A DNA stretch of 64,000 nucleotides from Camelus dromedarius (Eukaryota). The notes beneath the pieces are model-generated. The model saw only the letters and a list, made by a program, of their open reading frames with translations. It was not told the DNA's origin and did no database searches. A program made the translations under genes and the position numbers. Where the stretch lies: assembly GCF_036321535.1 (NCBI RefSeq), contig NC_087436.1, forward strand, positions 49,664,001 through 49,728,000, given 5' to 3'. Shown here one piece after another: positions 26,755-38,830 of the stretch (position 1 is the stretch's first letter; every line of letters starts with the position of its first letter).

Positions 26755-26960
26755 AATTTAGTCCCTTTTTGTACAGCCCTTGACCAGTGGCTGACAGATG
26801 CAGGAGTATGACAACTTAGCTTCTTTGCTTTGGAGATCTGTAAAGGGTAGCTTACTCCAGAGTTCCTCTGCAGGTCTCTGTTTGAGATTACACTCTTGCT
26901 TGGCTTTCTTCTCTTCCCTCTTCTGCTTCCATTTCATTTAAATGTATAAGCAATGTGTGA
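26755..26960 (+). mobile_element. ERVL LTR fragment (LTR16-like)
   Basis: cagcccttgaccagtggctgacagatgcaggagtatga...actccagagttcctctgcagg resembles the LTR16 family core. Confidence 0.6.
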
Positions 26961-26999
26961 GTTTTCTGGTGAGCAAGTCCTTTACGGCTAAAACAGCAG

Positions 27000-28030
27000 T
27001 GTGTGTGTTGGTGGTATATTTGGGAAGTGAAGCAACAGAGAGAGTGAAGGGATTGCTGAAGCACCAATTGTGTCATTGAGCATAAGATTGAAAAAATAAG
27101 CTGAGACTGAGTTTTACAGTACTAGTAACATCAAACTAAGTAGGTTTAATTATTCTACAGGTAATGGGAAGTCACTAAATGACTTTTAAGGATAGGAGTG
27201 ATGTGGTAAGTTCTGTATTTTAAGCAAAATCTTTGGAACTATGAAAGGTGGAGTGCAAGTTCTTACAGGAGTCCAAGTAAAAAATGATGAAGAATTGAGC
27301 TGAGGCAGAAAATGAAGAGAAGTGGATGAAAGGGAGAAAATTTTTAGAGATAAAGCTGACAAATTTACCATTTATATATGAGAAAAGTGGGGAAGGGGGA
27401 GAGCTAAAATGACTTCAAAACCCTTTGCTTTTAAATTAGGTTGCATATTTATTGATCTACAGTGGGAAGAATGAGGAACAAGTTTTGACAAGAAAGATAT
27501 TGATTTCAACTTTTTGTTTTTGAGATGCTTATTGAATATCCATGTGAAGATAAATAAAACCTGTAAAAGGGAGGCTGTGATTAGAGTTTAGTTTTAGAGA
27601 TTGGTGAGAGTTTGTAAGATGAGAAAAAGGTGAAAGCTGAGGAGAAAAATCCTGGGTAACACCAACATGTAAAGAATAGAAGCAAGAGTTGAGTGAAATA
27701 GACATAGACAGGAGGAAATAGAAATATACAAGAGACTATGGTAGTACCATAAAAACAAATGAGGAAAGGATGAAAAATATAAAATGTTGCAATAGGATTG
27801 AAAATGTGAAACTTTGGCAACTAGAACATCATTGATAACTTTTTTTCCATATAGCTGTAAGAGAGACTTAAAAGTAAAGATAGAAACTACTCTTTAAAGA
27901 ATTTGGACTGTGAAAGGTGAGACAATGTCAAGAAATGATTTTTTTTTTTTAAGAATGGGGATAACTAAGCACGATTAGTGATGAAAATTAGGAAAATAAG
28001 AAGAGCCCAATGGAAAGGTAGAGGTTGAAA
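27000..28030 (-). mobile_element. L2 internal fragment
   Basis: Purine-rich antisense L2 motifs: ggtaatgggaagtcactaaatgacttttaag, tttgagatgcttattgaatatccatgtgaagat, ggatt...tttggcaactagaacatcattgataact. Confidence 0.7.
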
Positions 28031-28121
28031 GAAATGAAACATTAGATTAGAAAATACTTTGAAAAAGGTATGACATTGAACAGGAATTAATGTGAGCTAA
28101 CATGTAAATGTTGCTCTAAAA

Positions 28122-29627
28122 GGATTGTATCAGCTGATTCTAAAATTCATATGTAAATGCAAGAGATCAAGAATAATCAAAACAATCTTGAAACAGAAGA
28201 AAAAAATTGTAAAACTCAGTTCTAAAACTTACTACAAAGCAATAGCAATGAAAAAGTGTGGTACTATCATAAAGATAGACATATAGATCAATGAAATAGA
28301 AATGAGGGTCCAGAAACTAACCCTTAACATCTATGGTCAGTTGATTCTGACAAAGATGCCAAGGCAACTCAATGGGGAAAGAGTAGGCTTTTCAATAAGT
28401 AGTGGTGGGACAACATGCAAAATAATGAATCTGGACCCTTAATTCACATCATACAAAATTTAACTTAAAATGGGTCAAAGATCTATGTAAGTGTTAAACC
28501 TATAAAATTCATAGAAGAAAACATATGCATAAATCTTTGTGACTTTAGATTATACAACGATTATATAATGATTTTTTAGCTATGACACAAAAAGCACAAA
28601 CTAAAAAAGGAACAAGTGATAAATTGAACTGCATCAACATTTTAAGCTTTTGTGTTGCAAATGACATCATCAAGAAACTGAAAAGAGAAAATATTTGCAA
28701 ATCCTGTTTTTGATGAGACTGTACCCAGAATATATGAATTTCATTAACAAAAAGGCAAATAATCCAATTAAAAATGGGCAAAGGATTTGAAAAAATGTTT
28801 GTGGATACAGGAACATCCAAAAAGCACATTAAAGTGTTCAAAATTATTAATCATCGCAGGAATGCTAATCAAAGCCACAGTGAGATACTACTTTACAACT
28901 CACTATAGTAGCTATAATAATAGTTAAAAAGAAAAGACTGACAATAAGAAGAGATTGGTGAGGGTGTGAAGAAATTGAAACCCTCAAACATTGCCAGTGG
29001 GAATGTTAATTGGGGCAGTATTGGAAAACAGTACGACAGTTCCTCAGAATGTTAAATATAGAATTACCTTATGATTTGCAAATCTACTCTGAAGTATTCT
29101 CAAAAGGAACAAAGACATATGTTTACACCAAAACTTGCACACAAATGTTCATAATGGCATTATTCATAATAGCCAAAAAGTGGAAACAACTCAAATTTCC
29201 AACAACTGCTGAGTAAATAAACAAAATATGGCATATCTATTCAATGGAATATTATTAGGCAGTAAAAAGGAATGAAGTACTGATAACTGCCACAACATGA
29301 GTGAACCTAAAAATAGTATGCCAAGTAAAGGAAGCCAGTCACAAAAAACCATATAGTGCATGATCTCACTTATATGAAATGTCTAGATTAGGCAATTTCT
29401 CTACAGAAAGTGATTAGTGGGTGTCTAGGGCTGGGGGTAGGGAGGTTGAGTGAAGGCAAATGGGAGGTAAATACAAATGTGTGCATATTTCTTTTCGAGG
29501 TAATGAAAATTTCCTAAAACTAGCTTATAGTGATAGTTGCACAACTCAGTAAATAAACTAAAAACCATTGAACTTTAAATGAGCAGATATTCTGATATAT
29601 AAATTTTATCTTATTAAGTTGTTTAAA
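28122..29627 (+). mobile_element. L1 (L1MB/MC-like) ORF2 3' part and 3'UTR
   Basis: ctgattctaaaattcatatg...gatagacatatagatcaatg...cttgcacacaaatgttcataatggcattattcataatagccaaaaagtggaaacaac...gtgatagttgcacaactc; ORF 29010-29216 is a decayed ORF2 C-terminus. Confidence 0.92.
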
Positions 29628-30300
29628 TTACTATTAAATTACTTACTGCTTATCACAGAAAATGTGCTGCTTAGGTTCTAGTAGAAAGACTTTCATTATT
29701 CTGGAGTTTTTTCCAAAGGCTATTCTTATTTTGGACCATATAATGAAGGAATTTGTAAAACAGAGGCAGTGGAGCCAAATAGATTCTCAGGATGAAAATT
29801 CCATATTGTCTACCATTGCATATTTACAATTTGTTGACTTGATGTTCATTATTGATTGGACTTTCTTTTATACTTGAATTTTATCTCTGCTTCTACTTGG
29901 AGATTATGAATGAAAATTAATGTTTTTCAGCTTGACTCTTAAAGGTAAGTTGGCCTGCAAAGATTTAAGTTTCATGTCTGAGGTCAGTGCACTGGTCAGT
30001 CTGGCTTGGAGTGCTTATTGCTAGACAATAGAAAACATAGATGATAAGGTTGTGTCATTCTCCTTCTTGCTATTGTGATTTACTTTAAGGGATAAATTAA
30101 TATTCTTTGATAGGACATTAAATTCTCACTTTTAATTATAAACAGAAAACAGGATTATGTTGGATAGCCTTTTTATTTATTATAAAGCATGCACTTCTAA
30201 ACACAAATAAATTTTTAAATTATTTTAAACAGAGTTTAGAACTGCTTAGAGCTTCAATTCCATGGCACTCAGATTCTTATAACAGGACCACTATCCTAGT

Positions 30301-30696
30301 TGTTATGGACTGAATGTTTTTGTACCACCGAAATATGTATGTTGAAATCCTAACCTCCAATGTGATGATACTGGGAGGTGGGGCCTTAGAGGGGAACTAG
30401 TCATGAGGGTGGAACTCTCGTGAATCAGATTAGTGCCTTATAAAAGAGACCACAGAGAGCTTTCTAGTTTTGTTGTTGTTGTTGTTGTCGTTGTTTTTCC
30501 AGCCATGTGAGGATACAAGGAGAAGTCAGCACTCTGCAATCCACAAGAGGGTTCTCATCAGAACCTGTCCATGCTGGCACCTTGATCTCAGACATCCAGT
30601 CTCCAGAACTGTGAAAAATAGATTCCTATTATTTATAAACTGCCAAGTCTGTGGTACATAGACAGCCTATTATAGCAGCCTGAGCTGACTAGGATG
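30301..30696 (+). mobile_element. MaLR solo LTR (MLT1A/MST-like)
   Basis: Starts tgttatggactgaatg, contains gttgaaatcctaacctccaatgtgatg and ccagtctccagaactgtga; 5-bp TSD ctagt at 30296-30300 and 30697-30701. Confidence 0.92.
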
Positions 30697-31636
30697 CTAG
30701 TCAATTCCTTTGTACAAAAATTAAAAAAATCAGTTTGTAGCTTGTGCAAACATACACAAAAAGGCATCTACTTAACATCAAATAACATACAAAAACCTAT
30801 GTTTCTGAATAGGAATTGAATTATTTGTGCATTTAGTGCAGAAGATTGTTAAAATAAGCTTCCTTTGCCCCATTGCATTTGATTTTTTCCCAGAACATGA
30901 AAACCTTTGTTATAAGTTGCTCCAGAAATAAAGTACTCAACAGCAAAGCTTAGAGCTCTGTTAAGATTCAGAGTCAAACAAGAGACTGTCTCTACAGTGA
31001 GCTGAAGTGTCAAAGTGCCACGTCTCAGGGTGAGATTCACTGGAATAACACAGCCCAGAGTAAGTCACAGCCCAGGTATTGAGATTTTGATGCAACCTCT
31101 TGTCTTGACCTGGAAGTACCCCCAAGTAAACACAAGCCCTCCTTGAAGGAAAATACCATTTAGTCCTCAAAATATTTCCCAAATAATGTTTCAAATACAA
31201 TGCCTAGCATGTAGTAAAAAATATCCAGACATATGAGGAAGTAAATTCTATGAATAAAATTCTGAGAAAAAGAAGATCAATTAATGAAGGCCTTTTAACA
31301 GAGAATGCTGATAAATTACAACAAAACTAGAGCCTATTACTACCTCAGCTATAACAAAAATAAAGAGTGAGTAAAGTTTTATGAATTCAGGAACATATCT
31401 ATGGGCAAGTTAGAAGAAATAGCACTATTTTTTAAATTTATAACTTTAAAAAGCAAGAAAATGTTTTCTTTACATAAAGAGAAGGCCTAATAATTTGACC
31501 TAAGTAAAAGAGGGATAAAAAACTTCCTAACTTTTCCTCATTTAATTAGATTCTCTTGTCCTGGAGGGAAGAATTATGCTTCACTCTCAGATTCTATCAT
31601 TATGAATGAATGAATTGTTGAGACAAATGTTGCTTT

Positions 31637-32777
31637 TTTAAATTTTACTGAAGTACAGCCAGTTATAATTTGTCAATTTCTGGTGTACAGCATAATGTCC
31701 TAGTCATGCATATACATATATTCATTTTCATATTCTTTTTTATTAAAGGTTATTACAGGATATTGAATATAGTTCTGTGTGCTATACAAAAGAGACTTGT
31801 TTTATATCTATTTTTATATATAGTGGTTAACATCTGCAAATCTCAAACTCCCAAATTTATCCCTCCCCACCCTCTTTCCCCTGGTAACCATAAGACTGTT
31901 TACTAATTAAACTTATAAGCTTTTGCACAGCGATGGAAACCATAACTAAAATAAAGTGACAACCTACGGACTGGGAGAAAATATTTGCAAATTATGAGAC
32001 TGACAAAAGCTTAATTTCCAGAATATATAAACCGCTCATACAACTTAATAACAACAACAACAACAAAAAACAAACCGACTCAATCCAAAAATGGGCAGAA
32101 GACCTAGACAAACATTTCTCCAATGAAGACATACAAATGGTCAATAGGCACATGAAAAAATGCTCAATATCACTTATTATCAGGGAAATGCAAATCAAAA
32201 CTACAATGAGGTATCACTTCACACCAGTCAGAATGGCCATCATTAAAAAGTCTGTGAATGATAAATACTGGAGAGGGTGTGGAGAAAAGGGAACCCTCCT
32301 ACACTACTGGTGGGAATGTAGTTTGGTGAAGCCATTATGGAAAACAGTATGGAGATTCCTCAAAAAACTAAAAATAGACTTACCATATGATCCAGCAATC
32401 CCACTCCTGAGCATATATTCAGTAGGAACTCTAATTTGAAAAGCTACATGCACCCCAATGTTCATAGCAGCACTATATACAATAGCCAAGACATGGCAGC
32501 AGCCTAAATGTCCATTGACAGATGACTGGATAAAGAAGCTGTGATATATATCTATATCTATATCTATATCTATATCTATATCTATATCTATATCTATAGG
32601 TACATAGATACAGATATAGATAAAGAAGCTGTGGTGTGTATATATACACACACACACACACACATATAAAATGGAATACTACTCAGCCATTAAAAATAAT
32701 AAAATAATGCCATTTACAACAACATGGATGGAACCGGAGATTGTCATTCTAAGTGAAGTAAGCCAGAAACAGACTTG
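31637..32777 (-). mobile_element. Young L1 insertion with 5' inversion
   Basis: 31637-31902 is the L1 3' end on -, 31903-32777 is the ORF2 C-terminus on +; 17-bp TSD gagRcaaatgttgcttt at 31620-31636 and 32778-32794. Confidence 0.92.
32544..32598. repeat. (ATATCT)n microsatellite inside L1
   Basis: About 8 perfect hexamer units; a (CA)n run follows near 32646-32664. Confidence 0.95.
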
Positions 32778-33429
32778 GAGGCAAATGTTGCTTTAAATGT
32801 AGTAAAATTGAGCTTATATTAGTTGCAGTCAGTAAATAAATAAGAAAATTTTTAATGATTTTCTTTAAGGGTCAGCTGAGATTTTAGACTAAGGGAGAGT
32901 TACGGATAGGTTCAAAGCCACCAAGTAATGAAATAGACAAAGATCCCTGTGAAAAAGTTCAAGAACTCCTCACGAGTGTAATAGAGACAATGAGAAGAAT
33001 TAACAATACTTGTGTAGGTGGAACTATTTCCTCTTTCAGTGGTTTCTAATTATTGTTCCCAAGGATGATTTTTATTAATATCCATGACTTTGAATATTAA
33101 AAATATTTTATTCCTCAAATATAAAAAGTAATTCAATTCACTTTTCTATAGTCAAGAGCATATATAATTGGACAACAGGTCAGGAAACAATAACCAATAG
33201 ATTACAGGTTGATATAAGTGTAGACAAAAGCTAATGTTCTAATTTTTTACTCATTATTTACTTTTTTCATGCATTCTCTTATCCATTCCCTAATTCATTA
33301 ATTATTGAGTGGTTTTAATGTATCAGAAGCTATAGTGGGCTTTTGAATCTGTATTGTGGTTAAGTACAAGTTTCCTAAGAACTTTCTGACATGTTAAAAA
33401 TAACTAAAAGACTCCCTATTACAAACTTT

Positions 33430-33545
33430 ACAGATTGCAATTTTTGGAGACCCTAATTTTTATATGGAAAAATTGAGACCTAGAGAGGTTAAGTGATTTG
33501 CTCTAGATTGTACAGATAATTCATGGTTGTATTAGCACTAGGTAC
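33430..33545 (-). mobile_element. MIR core
   Basis: atggaaaaattgagacctagagaggttaagtgatttgctctagattgtacagataa. Confidence 0.75.
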
Positions 33546-34764
33546 AAAATGAATTGTAAGTATATTAATAATACTTAAAAAAATTAAAGGCAACTTATTT
33601 TTGTCTTCTCTCTTGGGATCTGTCATTACACTTGGCTAAAGAATTGCAGCAGAATAGTTTGTATCATAACTTTCAATTGTACCAATCAGCAACAATTTTT
33701 CTCTCTTAACCCTAATCAGAGAAACATACTTCTGGGCCTCAGTCAATTGTAGTTGCTTATAAATGGCCTTTGACTGATTAGTACAATTGAAAAGTATAGT
33801 CAGGCAAGCTTGTTATCAAGTGTGTAGACATAGCCCAAGCTATTTCAAAAAAGTACTAGAGCAAGTAATATGTGGCAATAGATCAAGACAATTGCTGCAT
33901 GCTAGTGTTAAACAGAAAAAAACAAAATGAGCAAATGGTATTTTTGTCAAGTGTTCAAGACCCAACCTGGATCAAATCTACTTAAATTTTAAAATCAGAT
34001 GAAATCAGGACTGTTCCACTTCCCTGTTGGTAGATAACTTCTTAAATATTCAGACTCTACACTTTTAATAGAAGCTGACTGTATTTTCATTATTTATTCA
34101 TCCCAGGATGCACTTATAAATATGAAATACTATTATTTGAGTTTGTTACAACATTAGCTTTAAAATTTTATAAACTAGTGAACGGGTGACAAATTGAGTA
34201 AGTTAAGGTTTATTGTTGTAAGAAAAGTACATCAGTAAGAAATACTCTTGGTAAAAATAAAAAAACTAAAGACTATGTAAAATGTACTAAAAGCATTTGA
34301 TAAAAAACGTATTTTTCAAGCTTTCAAAATATTAAATTGGTCTGAATGTCTAAAATGTGTTTTAAAAAATTCTAAACCAGGAAATTTGTTTTATTTTTGT
34401 CTTTGCAAAGGTGGTCACCTCACTTTTATTTTCTTATGTTCCCATTTGTAAGGGTATACTTCACATGCCTCAAAAATGAATTTATAATGAGCCATGGTTT
34501 TCTGATTAAGTATATATGGATGTAGATTTTTTTCTTGCTTTTTTCAAAAGAAACATTATATTGACAAATACCTTAGAGGCCAAACAAACCCTTTTTATTG
34601 GGAAAAGTCCTGAAAAAATTGTCACTCTGGATTTAGTTTTGATCACCAAGGAAACTTGTTTATGGCAATGTGGCAGTAAAATAAATTTTGGGAAAAAATA
34701 TGAGAATTGGAAAAATGCTAAAATTAACAAAAAGGACCTTTACATGTTTAATTAATTTAATAAT

Positions 34765-35095
34765 TGTTCATATTGATTAAGCACCTCTTTGGTGCCAAGC
34801 ACTGTGAAAGTCTCTGCAGAAAAAAATAAGGTGAAGGCCTTGCCTTCTAATGTCTTGTTGAATGGGGAGCGCTGATGTCACAGGCAGTTACAATAGCGTG
34901 TGCCAGATTCCTCGGAAGGCTATCAGGAGGGATTGTAGGACACAGGAGTGGTGCTTCATTTAGGTTCTGAGACTCAATGAAGCCCTCTTGGGGAGATTAA
35001 CTCTAAGATCTGATGGACGAATAAAAGATGATAAAAAGATTGAGAACAAGAAGAGTGTTCCCAATGAAGAGGACTTATGTAACAGCTAGGAATTG
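34765..35095 (-). mobile_element. L2 fragment
   Basis: gattaagcacctctttggtgccaagcactgtg...cttgccttctaatgtct...aagagtgttcccaatgaagagg. Confidence 0.7.
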
Positions 35096-35269
35096 TAATT
35101 ATGAATATACAATTGATCTCCCCACTGCTTACAGAAGATGGTGAGATGCTCGCAGATACAGACAGGAGGCAGGATCATTCCACTCCTATTTTGCATCTGT
35201 CCTTGTCATTATGGAAAAGTTATTATCAAACTAGAATGAATAGAAAAACACAATTACAAGTGAATTGCA

Positions 35270-37220
35270 GTCCCAGAAAAAATAGATTATAAAAAGCCAC
35301 CCAGACATGTTAAATGAATTCTAGTTTGTAGCCATAGACATATTACATCCGGTGTTGAAAGGCTTACAGAGGTAATCACAGAATGATTGGCAGCCATCTA
35401 CAGAAACCATGGAGGAAGGGAATGGTGCCAGGAGATGTGATCTGAGAGAACATTGTACCAATTCTCTCAAAGAGTAAAATGGTAGATTCTAGAAACTATT
35501 ATATCAGCAATGTTGATCTTTAACTGTTCTAGAATGGATTACTCTAACAAGGAATTGTGAGTACTTAGAAAAGAATGAATCTACCTGTAGGATCCAGTCT
35601 GAAAGGAGTAGAAACATTCCTGCCAAATTAGCCTGATTTAGTTTTCCACAGGCTGAGTTGCCTGGGAGATTTCAGGAGGTTGTGAAGTTGCCCTCTTTGT
35701 GTCTAAGTAAGGATTTTGATGAAATCATCCAGATGTCCTCGTGGCCTGGTGTGGAAATGTGCCTGGCTGATAGTAGGAGTAGGCAGATGTGTAGGTGGTT
35801 GAACACCATGTGTAATTAGTAATTTGGTGTTAGCTCGCAAGGAGGTTTTTCAGGCTGTGTTTCACAGCTTTGTCCTTAGCCTTGTCTTGTTACACTTTGA
35901 ACTCTAATCTGATCGAAGAGACATCAGTCTTGAAGGAGTGAGCTAATATATTGACTGATAGAATTCAAAAAGGTCTTGCACAAAAATCAGGACTTTGTTA
36001 TTTAGCAACAGAAATGCATGTTAAGTTTTGGCTTTGAAAATCAGTCATATGAGAGATTTTTAAAGTTCATCTCAAAGCAATACAAAGCGAAATGAAAAAC
36101 ACTTTAGATCCTTTTGTTAACCACAAATGTCAAAAGTTGTACCTGCTTAAAAAAAAAAGTGAATTCAAGCTAAGACTGTGTTAATGGAGGAAGAGTTTCC
36201 AAAATGAGGGGAGTAGCAATAAGACTGATTTCTAATATTTCACTGCACCTGGACTCCAGTCAGACCCGTCCTGAGTACCACATACGGTTATATAGACGCA
36301 TGGCGGCCAGCAGATAGGGCTATTTCTTCCATGTCCATTTCGCCTGCCCTGTTGATACCGGCAATACGGTTTGAGTCGACTTGACCTCACTCCAGCTTCA
36401 AGGGCAGGCTATGCCCAGTGAAGCCAGTCAGGAAAATTCCATCTTCCTTTGCACTGTAATTGGTTTAATTAATCCAGGCCTAAGCTTATCAGTGTGTGGC
36501 ATTTGCCTGATTTTAGGGATTGGGTTCTGGGGCGGCCAATTGATGTAAATCTCAGTGTTGTCTTTTTCCCAGCAGTTAATGGGAAGCAACCTGCCTCTCC
36601 TGCTGAATGAGGCATCGCACAGCACTAATTGCTTCTGGCAGGCATCCAACAACTATGAGGGAAGTCATCAGTCTGAGGGGAAAGTTAACACAGAGATAAA
36701 GGCAGAGAAGAGCAAACCAACGGGAAATAGACTCAGAGCTCCGACCCAAGTATGCCTAAATTGCCCTGAGGCTGGAGTTTTCAGTTATTCTTTAAGCCAA
36801 ATTGAGTTTTTTTTTTTTTTTTTAATCACCTTTAACGGAAAGCGTTCTAACAGATCCAAGGGCGAAATTCTAAGAAGATTATTGTTGGGACAGAGGGAGG
36901 CCACACCATAAGAAGTTTAGAAGAACTGGAGAAGAGGGAGATTTAAGAGTGCTATGTGTTGTTTAGAAACACCTGCCCCACGGAAAGGGGAGAGGATTGT
37001 TATTACTGTTGGGAAATTCAAGGCTAGGACTATTGCTGCAGAGTTGTGGGAAGGCAAATTATGACTCAGTATAAGACACTGAGAATTACTCTTTCAAAAA
37101 CATTTCTAACTTTTAGCGGCATTCCAAGGTAGAAAGAGCTGTTTGCCTATTATTGGAAGTGATAAAGCAAAGAATAATGGACCATCTGTAAGTTCTGTTC
37201 AGCCCCAGGATTTGATGGGA
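35270..37220 (+). mobile_element. CR1/L3 LINE relic (RT region to 3' end), split by an LTR at ~36295-36858
   Basis: gaatggtgccaggagat...gtaccaattctctcaaagagtaaaatggtagattctagaaactat (CR1 RT motif); cagtcagacccgtcctgagtac; 3' part gggaaggcaaattatgactcagtataag...catttctaac. Confidence 0.75.
36295..36858 (+). mobile_element. Old MaLR (MLT1-type) LTR
   Basis: gctgacctcactccagc-like and gattgggttc motifs; end ttcagttattctttaagccaaattgagttttt...aaagcgttctaacagatcca resembles the MLT1 3' terminus. Confidence 0.6.
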
Positions 37221-38089
37221 TTTTGCTATCCTTCATTACCTATATGAAGACAAGGTAATTGCTACTTTAAGACAGCTTAATTCCTGCCTTGGCTTCCCTA
37301 TATGACCTGATCGATGTTTTCTCAGGGTCTGCATCCTCATCTGAAGAGTTCATGGGTTAGAATAGATGGTTTCTAAACTTGTTTCTAGCTCTAAAACTTT
37401 TTACCACTCAAAGAAAATTACTAGAAGTGTGGCAACGGGACTCTTGACCTGCTACCTCTTAAGATAATGGTAAAATCTAGAAATGGGAAATTAGAATATC
37501 TCTTTCCCATTAATCACATCACTTCTCGAAGTTAGAATGAAGAATTGCCTTGGGAAATACCACCTAGATTTAATTCCTGAAGATAATTATGAGCATATTT
37601 CAGAAATGGAATCTTCTATTGAGTGAATTATCAACGATTCAATCAATTAACAAGAAATTATTGAGCACTTACACCTCCAGGCCTCTGCTAAAGCACTATG
37701 ATAGAGAAAATCTTACCTGTCTGGCTTTGTCTTAGATGCAGAGTAGATCGTAAGTTTTCAGTGCAGTACGTTTTCTATTATCCAGGGGCCACATAGTAAA
37801 TACCTCCCTTGGCTTTTACTCTTAGTACTGAATCAAGGATACTGCTAAGATTCTCAATATGGAAAGAAAAAGAGCAGAGAAAAAAGTATCACTTTAAGTG
37901 CTTATTCTATTCTTTTGAGCATTCCAGAAACATCTGTTAAATAACAACTATAAATCTGTTTTATGCTACATACACATTCGTATGTAATAATATACTGAAA
38001 TTATGTTAAACAATAGATAAACATTTTTATACTAACTTATTTAAATGTATATTTTTAGGAAATATAAGTCAGCAAAGAGAGGGTTTATA

Positions 38090-38830
38090 AACAGCCTCTC
38101 TATTTAATATATTCCTACTATGTATTCTCGACCGTGCGGGTGCTGTGGTATCTATATAAAATACAGTTCCTGCCTCTTAGGAATTAATAATTGGAAGACC
38201 CAAAATGGATGAATGAGCTTTTGAATAAGTTTGGTGAACATGTGCTCATCTCTGTGGTACATGCCACGGGTGTCACAGGAGCAAAGAGGAGAGGGAATAA
38301 AAAGGGATGCAGTCTGGGAAGCTAACATGGAGATAGTAGGTCTTAGCTGGCCCTTGAAGGACAGGCTGAAATTTCAGAGGCAGAAGTGGTGAAGAATGCT
38401 GCTTAGGTGAGGAAGAAGAGCTATGAAGGCTCAGAAACCATAGATTTCCTCATGGCTCTGAGGATACTGACCTTATGAGACAGAGGAGTGGGGGCCTCAT
38501 GGGAAATAATGATGTGATCAGATTTGATATGTCTTAAACATCAAGCAAAGTAATTAAGGCTGCATGATGTTTGAAGTAGGGAGACCTATGATGTTTTTGA
38601 GCAGGAAATAACAAAAACAATGCTTCAGGAGATCCATTTTAGCAGGGAACCATAGCATAAGTTGGAGGAAAAAGAGGCATGCTAGGAAACAGTTACAGTC
38701 ATGTGATTGATGACATCAAGATATGGGTAGTGAAAAGATTAAAATAAGATTTAAACTTGTGTAGAAGATGTTTTGAAGAATAAAAGGAAAGGAGCTTAAT
38801 AACTGATTGCACATGGGTAATTAATGCCAG
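38090..38830 (-). mobile_element. L2 fragment
   Basis: acagttcctgcctcttaggaatt...cttagctggcccttgaaggacagg...agtagggagacctatgatgtttttgagcagg. Confidence 0.7.

Noticed and set aside
29010..29216. 68-aa ORF
   Set aside because: Decayed L1 ORF2 C-terminus
32137..32439. 100-aa ORF ([22 protein letters not shown]...)
   Set aside because: C-terminal fragment of L1 ORF2p inside a truncated, inverted insertion; not a host gene
32304..32663. ORFs with DIDIDI and YRYRYR repeats
   Set aside because: Translation of the (ATATCT)n microsatellite on the antisense of L1
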